Source: an uncultured delta proteobacterium
GTDB lineage: Bacteria; Desulfobacterota; Binatia; Binatales; Binataceae
Reading direction: 5' to 3'
NCBI GenBank assembly: GCA_963782535.1
Contig: CAWAKE010000009.1
Location: forward strand, 171,913-235,912
DNA length: 64,000 nucleotides
Below the pieces are notes generated by a model. That model had not been told where the DNA came from. It searched no databases and saw only the letters and a list, made by a program, of their open reading frames with translations. How positions within the stretch are numbered: the first letter of the stretch is position 1; each line of letters starts with the position of its first letter. The translations under genes were made by a program, and so were the position numbers. Shown piece by piece: positions 59,003-64,000 of this stretch.

Positions 59003-59914
59003 GTGGAGCGATTCGTGCCAATGAGTCCAGTCGATGGCGTGCAGATGCGTTTTGACCATGTTTCGATCGCAGTTGAATCGATCGATCGTGGAGTCGGATT
59101 TTTCAGTCGTTATTTCCCGACCATTGGCCGCAACGACAAACAGGTCAGCGAGCAGGCGCAGGGCGGATTCCTGTGGCAGGATTTCTATCTCGGCGGCACA
59201 CCGGTGGAATTTATCGAGGAGTTGCCCGGGCAGCAGGGATTCATCGCACAGTTTCTCCGCCGCCACGGCGAGGGCCTCCATCACATCTGTTACGAAATCG
59301 ACCGCATCGATCCGATGATCCAGGCGCTCCGGGCGGGCGGCGTGCGCGTGGTCGACGAGCATGCGTTTCCCGACGGCCAGAAGACCTGCTTCATCTCGCC
59401 GCGATCGGCCTTTGGCGTGCTGATCCAGTTATGGCAGCCGCTCGATTATGCCAAGCCGGCGGCGCATCCGCCCGACGACGGCCGCGCGCGCTTCGACCAT
59501 GTCGCGATCGCCGTGCGCAACATCAACCCCGCGATGGAGTTTTTTCGGCGCTACTTTCCCGCCGAAGTCCTGAACTATCCCATCCGCAGTCAATCGCAGG
59601 GCAACTTCGTGCTCGCCCATATTGAGGCGGCCGGCAGCAAGCTCGAATTCCTGCAAAGTCCGGGACCCAATACCGACGACGATTTCGTCGGCCGCTTTAT
59701 CGAGCGCTACGGCCAGGGCATGCATCATCTTACGATCGATGTTAAAGACTTCGACGGCACGCTCGACCGTTTGCTCGCCGACGGCCACCGCATCGTCGGG
59801 CGCGAAATCAACTGGCGCGGCGAACGCCAGTTCTTCATCTCCCCGCAATCCGCGATGGGTACCCTGGTGCAGGTATGGGAAGGCCTCGGCGGTCCCGGCG
59901 CGGGAAGCGAGTAG
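59003..59914 (+). CDS. VOC-family protein with two tandem glyoxalase-like domains
   Basis: Repeated RFDHVSIAV…HHICYE / RFDHVAIAV…HHLTID modules. Confidence 0.6.
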   Translation: MERFVPMSPVDGVQMRFDHVSIAVESIDRGVGFFSRYFPTIGRNDKQVSEQAQGGFLWQDFYLGGTPVEFIEELPGQQGFIAQFLRRHGEGLHHICYEIDRIDPMIQALRAGGVRVVDEHAFPDGQKTCFISPRSAFGVLIQLWQPLDYAKPAAHPPDDGRARFDHVAIAVRNINPAMEFFRRYFPAEVLNYPIRSQSQGNFVLAHIEAAGSKLEFLQSPGPNTDDDFVGRFIERYGQGMHHLTIDVKDFDGTLDRLLADGHRIVGREINWRGERQFFISPQSAMGTLVQVWEGLGGPGAGSE

Positions 59915-59926
59915 GGCGGGCGCACC

Positions 59927-60659
59927 AATGACTGACCGGCTGCATACCATATTCTTCGATGTCGCGGGAACGCTGATCGTACCCCGTGAGCGAATCGGCG
60001 ATAGCTATGCCCGCATCGCGCGGGACTACGGCCTCGAAGCCGATGCCAAGGCGGTCGGCGCCGCCTTCCGGCGCGCCTTTCATAAGGCCCCCGGGCTGGC
60101 TTTCGGCCCCGGCCATGACGCCGCGCAATTGCGCCGCCTCGAGCGCGAATGGTGGCGGCGAGTGGTGATCGATACTTTTGCGGAGTTCGGCCCGTTCCGC
60201 GACTTCGAGGGCTACTTCGCCGCGCTCTTCGATTTTCTCGCCGACCCGGCCAACTGGAAGGCCGACCCCGAGGCGGCGCCGCTACTGGACCGGCTCAAGC
60301 AGCGCGGACACAGCCTTGGCGTCATTTCCAATTTCGACTATCGGGTTTATGCCATCCTCGAGGGCCTCGGCCTGAGCGTCTATTTCGACTCGGTGACGAT
60401 TTCCTCGGAGGCCGGATGGGCCAAGCCGGCCGCCGAAATTTTCAAGCTAGCCCTGAGCCGCCATTCGACTACTCCGGGCGCGGCGCTGCATGTGGGCGAT
60501 TCCGAGAAGATGGATCTTGGAGGTGCGCAAGCCGCGGGAATCGCCGCAGTCCTGATCGACCACCGGGCATCGCAGCGCTGCCAGATTTCCGGCCGCAGTG
60601 CGCGCGTCACGAACTTGAGCGCCGTAGTCGACGTATCGGATCGAATCGTCTTCACTTGA
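59927..60659 (+). CDS. HAD-superfamily hydrolase
   Basis: Motif I FFDVAGTL; motif III/IV …HVGDS…. Confidence 0.6.
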
Positions 60660-60738
60660 CCTCGCGATGCGGTCTATCGTTGACTAGCGGCGCTTTGGGG
60701 GCGCCGCCGCTTATTCCAGGGGACCGGTCTGAGCACTT

Positions 60739-63198
60739 ATGAAGCCAGTGATCGAGATTCGCGGCTTAGCGTTGAGGGGAGCGCTTGTCGCCACGATAAT
60801 CGCCGCGGCGTTTGCTGCGGCCGTGCCCGCGGCGGCGTCGGACCTGGGCGATCTGAATCGGCGCATCGCGGAACTCGAACCGCAGGTCAGCGCGGGTGTG
60901 AGCAATCCCGCGGTCGCCAGCCGGGTCATCACGCAGCTCGACGCCGCCGAAGCCCAATTCGCACGCATCGCCGAAGGCAAGCGATCCACCAGCGCCTTGC
61001 TGAGCACCTACGATCGGTTGGAGTCGATGCTCAATCGGATGTACACGACCTACCAGAGGAAAAAAGACGCCTGCATCGCGACCGTCGAGAGCGGTGGCAC
61101 TTGCGACTATGCCGAGCCCGAGCAACTCGCGCTGCGGGCGCTTTATCCGCTCTCATGGCTGCGCTTCCAGGGTGCCGGGCTCTATGCCGGCGAACCCGCG
61201 ACCGCGCGCCACCTGCTAAGTCAGGCCATCGACGGTTTCACCAACAGCTCGCTCCTGATCCTGTCGCCCGAACTGATTCGCGAGAATTTGCTCGGCCGCG
61301 CATACGCCGAGCGCCAGATGGGCAGATATAAGCATTCCGAGTACGCGCGTGCGGTCGCCGATTTCAAGCGCATCATGGCGGCTGGCCCCGGCACCCGCCA
61401 ATATCGGCCGGCCGAGCAGGGCCTGGCGTCGACATACGCCGCGATGGGCAAGATCGACAAGGCTCAAGGGATGACCGCGAAGCTCGCGAATTCAGCCAGC
61501 GGGGCGCAGGCAGAGGGACTCAAGATGATGCGCCTGCGCGAGATGTTCCGCCAGGAGGCGGCCGCCAGCGATCCGGCGAAACGCGCAGCCGTCCATCGCG
61601 AAATTATCGATTTCGCCCGTGCCCGCGAGCATGACCGCGATAGCTGGGCGATCGTGGTGGCGACGGCCGGCGACAACGTCCATGACCCTGCCGCCGATTT
61701 CGGTGGGACCACCGACGGTTTCGAAAACTGGCTCGGCGCCAACGTCGCCTACTACAAACATCAGTTGCTGCCGGCCGCAAAAATGTACTGGACTGCCGCC
61801 CGCAGCGGCAAATATCCCAAGGCCTATAAGTACGCCGCCGACCTCTTTTACATGGGCCACCGCGTCGATCTGGTCGAGAAGGTCGCCCGCGAGATCGCCC
61901 GCCAGCCCTCGAGTCCCGACGCCCAGTGGGCCTCCTACATGCTCTTCAAAATCCCGCGGGTCCAATGGGAGCGTAGCGGCAAACACAACGCCGAGCTCGA
62001 GCAGCAATGGATTACGGCCGCCCGCGATTACCTCAAGGACTATCCCAAGGGGCGTTACGCCTTCGAGCCGCGCTTCCGCATGGGCGAGTATTTCCAGCAC
62101 AAGGGTCAATATCTCGAGGCGGCGAAACAGTACGATCAGGTGCACGGCAATCCCGACTATGATTTCACCGCGCGCTTTAACGCCGCCGAATGTTACTACC
62201 GTGCGCTGGCCGCGGCCGGCGGCGTCAAACTCGGTCGGGACGCCGGCCTGACTCCGGTCGCGACGGCGACCGCCCCCGCGACCGTCAGCGCGGCCGATCT
62301 CAGCGCGCTGCGTCAGAAAACCATTGCGGCGCTTAGCGCTGCGATCAAGCTCGAGCCCGCCGCCGAACACGGGGCGCGCCCCGCACAGCGCAAGGCCCTT
62401 CACGACAGCCGCGGGCGCGCGATCTTCATGCTCGCGACCCTGCTCGAGCATCAGCCGAAGATTGACTATAGCGAGGTCGCTTCAATTCTCGGCGGTTTCG
62501 AGTCGCAGTATCCTGCGATGAGCTCGAAGTTCGACCAGACCTACGAATGGCGCATCGAAGCGCTCGACCATATCGGGCAATATCCGGAGCTCGAGCGCGA
62601 GGTCCAGACGCTGGTTGCCCACGACGCCGCCAATCCCGCGCGAAACGATTACATCAAAGAGATCGGCCTCGACTTCTGGAACAGCGCCAACGCGCGTCTG
62701 GCCGCCGGCGACCATAAAGGCTACGTGCAGGACGCGCGCCTGACCGCGAGCACTTATGAGTATTTCGCGCGGCAGGTCAGCGAGGGCAAAATCCCGGCGA
62801 AAAACTTGACCGGCACGCTTTCGATTCTCGGGCAGGCCTACCTCGCGATGAACGAAGTTGCCAAGGCGCAGGCGACCTTCAGCCAGGTCGCCAAGGCCGA
62901 CGCCGCCTCGCCCGACGCCAACGCGGGACTTGCGCGCATTGCCCAGGACAAAAAGGATTACAAAGACGCCATCGATTTTTGGAGCCGGGTTGAGTCGGTG
63001 GCAGCCGAGTCCGATCCGCTGTTTTACGAGGCCAAGTACAGCATGGCCGAAATCCTGGCGCTGCAGGGTAATCGTACCGGCGCCTGCAACAAGCTCAACA
63101 TTACGCGCACCGAGCATCCGAATCTGGGCTCGCCCGGTATGAAAGCCCAATGGCGCAAGCTCGAGCGCAAACTCTGCGAGACTCATTCGGAAAGTTGA
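60739..63198 (+). CDS. Large secreted TPR-like repeat protein
   Basis: Signal peptide and a long helical-repeat architecture with recurrent aromatic/Ala patterns. Confidence 0.4.
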   Translation: MKPVIEIRGLALRGALVATIIAAAFAAAVPAAASDLGDLNRRIAELEPQVSAGVSNPAVASRVITQLDAAEAQFARIAEGKRSTSALLSTYDRLESMLNRMYTTYQRKKDACIATVESGGTCDYAEPEQLALRALYPLSWLRFQGAGLYAGEPATARHLLSQAIDGFTNSSLLILSPELIRENLLGRAYAERQMGRYKHSEYARAVADFKRIMAAGPGTRQYRPAEQGLASTYAAMGKIDKAQGMTAKLANSASGAQAEGLKMMRLREMFRQEAAASDPAKRAAVHREIIDFARAREHDRDSWAIVVATAGDNVHDPAADFGGTTDGFENWLGANVAYYKHQLLPAAKMYWTAARSGKYPKAYKYAADLFYMGHRVDLVEKVAREIARQPSSPDAQWASYMLFKIPRVQWERSGKHNAELEQQWITAARDYLKDYPKGRYAFEPRFRMGEYFQHKGQYLEAAKQYDQVHGNPDYDFTARFNAAECYYRALAAAGGVKLGRDAGLTPVATATAPATVSAADLSALRQKTIAALSAAIKLEPAAEHGARPAQRKALHDSRGRAIFMLATLLEHQPKIDYSEVASILGGFESQYPAMSSKFDQTYEWRIEALDHIGQYPELEREVQTLVAHDAANPARNDYIKEIGLDFWNSANARLAAGDHKGYVQDARLTASTYEYFARQVSEGKIPAKNLTGTLSILGQAYLAMNEVAKAQATFSQVAKADAASPDANAGLARIAQDKKDYKDAIDFWSRVESVAAESDPLFYEAKYSMAEILALQGNRTGACNKLNITRTEHPNLGSPGMKAQWRKLERKLCETHSES

Positions 63199-63200
63199 CC

Positions 63201-63620
63201 ATGCTCAAAAAGATTCATCATGTCGGCGTAGTCGTGCCCGACCTCGAACAGGCGATGGCGCTTTGGCGCGATCTGCTCGGCCTACGCCTGACCAAGAGCC
63301 AGACCATCCAGGATCAGGGCGTCAAGGCGGCGCTGCTCCAAGTCGGCGAAAGCGAAATCGAACTGCTCGAACCGCTCAGTCCCGATAACGGCGTCGGCAA
63401 GTTCCTCGCCCGGCGCGGCGGCGGACTTCATCACGTGTGCTTCGAGACCGCCGACGTCGAGCGCGAACTCGACGGCGCGAAGGCCCGCGGCATCCAGTTG
63501 ATCGATCAGAAGCCGCGGCCGGGACTCGCCGGCATGATCTGCTTCCTGCATCCCAAGGCGACGCGCGGCGTGCTGGTAGAATACGCCCAGCCCTTCGCCG
63601 ACGAGGGCCACGCCCACTGA
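63201..63620 (+). CDS. mce: Methylmalonyl-CoA epimerase (VOC family)
   Basis: MLKKIHHVGVVVPDLEQAMALWRDLLG…GGGLHHVCFE…. Confidence 0.65.
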   Translation: MLKKIHHVGVVVPDLEQAMALWRDLLGLRLTKSQTIQDQGVKAALLQVGESEIELLEPLSPDNGVGKFLARRGGGLHHVCFETADVERELDGAKARGIQLIDQKPRPGLAGMICFLHPKATRGVLVEYAQPFADEGHAH

Positions 63621-63688
63621 GCTGACGGCAGCGCTCGGCTGATGTGCCCGGCGCGGCGCCGACTTGGCACGATGAGCTTGCGCCGGCG

Positions 63689-64000
63689 CTAGGCGCGCGA
63701 CGGTGTTTCCGGTGTCACCACGATGGCAAAGGCACAGCGCGCGTTGCGTAATACGTATTCGACCTTGGGGCCGAAATAGAGCCGCCGTTCCGACGGCCTG
63801 AACATCACGCCCATCACCAGCAAGTCAAAACCGCCCCTCTCCGCCGCGGTCAGGATGGTGCTTTCGGGTTTGCCGCCCGCTTCGATGCGCACGTCGAGCT
63901 TGACTCCGATCTGCGCGCCGAGTTGCTGCAGCTCCAGCGCGATCGGATCGCCATCGCCGGGCGCTGTGCGCCGCCGGTAAAAATCGCGCAGCGTGAGCGT
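63689..64000 (-). CDS. Universal stress protein (UspA family), 3' part only; the gene continues beyond the window
   Basis: …DLLVMGV…ILTAAER… Usp C-terminal region. Confidence 0.45.
   Translation of the reverse strand, partial: TLTLRDFYRRRTAPGDGDPIALELQQLGAQIGVKLDVRIEAGGKPESTILTAAERGGFDLLVMGVMFRPSERRLYFGPKVEYVLRNARCAFAIVVTPETPSRA

Overview
High-GC bacterial chromosomal segment in which a ~54 kb mosaic accessory region (about 2.7–56.6 kb) sits between tRNA genes; all calls below are by eye from the sequence and ORF track.

Backbone. The left edge carries short-chain dehydrogenase (SDR) genes, tRNA-Lys(CTT) and tRNA-His(GTG). The right edge resumes after tRNA-Asn(GTT) with a TrmH-family methyltransferase, a metallophosphoesterase, VOC and HAD proteins, a TPR secretory protein, methylmalonyl-CoA epimerase and a partial universal stress protein.

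Accessory region.
- Two tyrosine-integrase modules: int plus AlpA next to a tRNA 3' fragment at the left end, and a P4-like primase–AlpA–int module next to tRNA-Asn at the right end.
- Very dense insertion sequences: three identical copies of one IS3-family IS, two IS3-family elements of the IS407 group, a complete IS630 plus a fragment, IS5, four IS6/IS26-like copies, an IS481-like element plus a fragment, IS21, and IS256 and IS1380-like fragments.
- An arsenic biotransformation island (arsR pseudogene, rhodanese, LMW-PTP arsC ending in a half VOC domain, arsI, arsM, a cytochrome c'-like protein, IS-truncated arsA), bracketed and eroded by IS elements.
- An orphan cas3 (HD nuclease plus helicase) truncated by an IS and preceded by an operon of small ribbon-helix-helix (RHH)/zinc-ribbon proteins. 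No other cas genes or CRISPR array are visible.
- Cargo genes: MscS channel, K+ channel, two paralogous DUF1254/DUF1214 secreted proteins, outer-membrane beta-barrel paralogs (one frameshifted), an OmpA lipoprotein, and tandem TAP-like alpha/beta-hydrolase lipoproteins.
- A low-GC orphan gene for a protein with a soluble N-domain and a C-terminal 4TM module, isolated between IS copies.

Non-coding structure. Solo IS6 ends, a ~90-bp inverted repeat family, hairpins near the IS481-like element, and an AT-rich palindromic promoter region are also visible.
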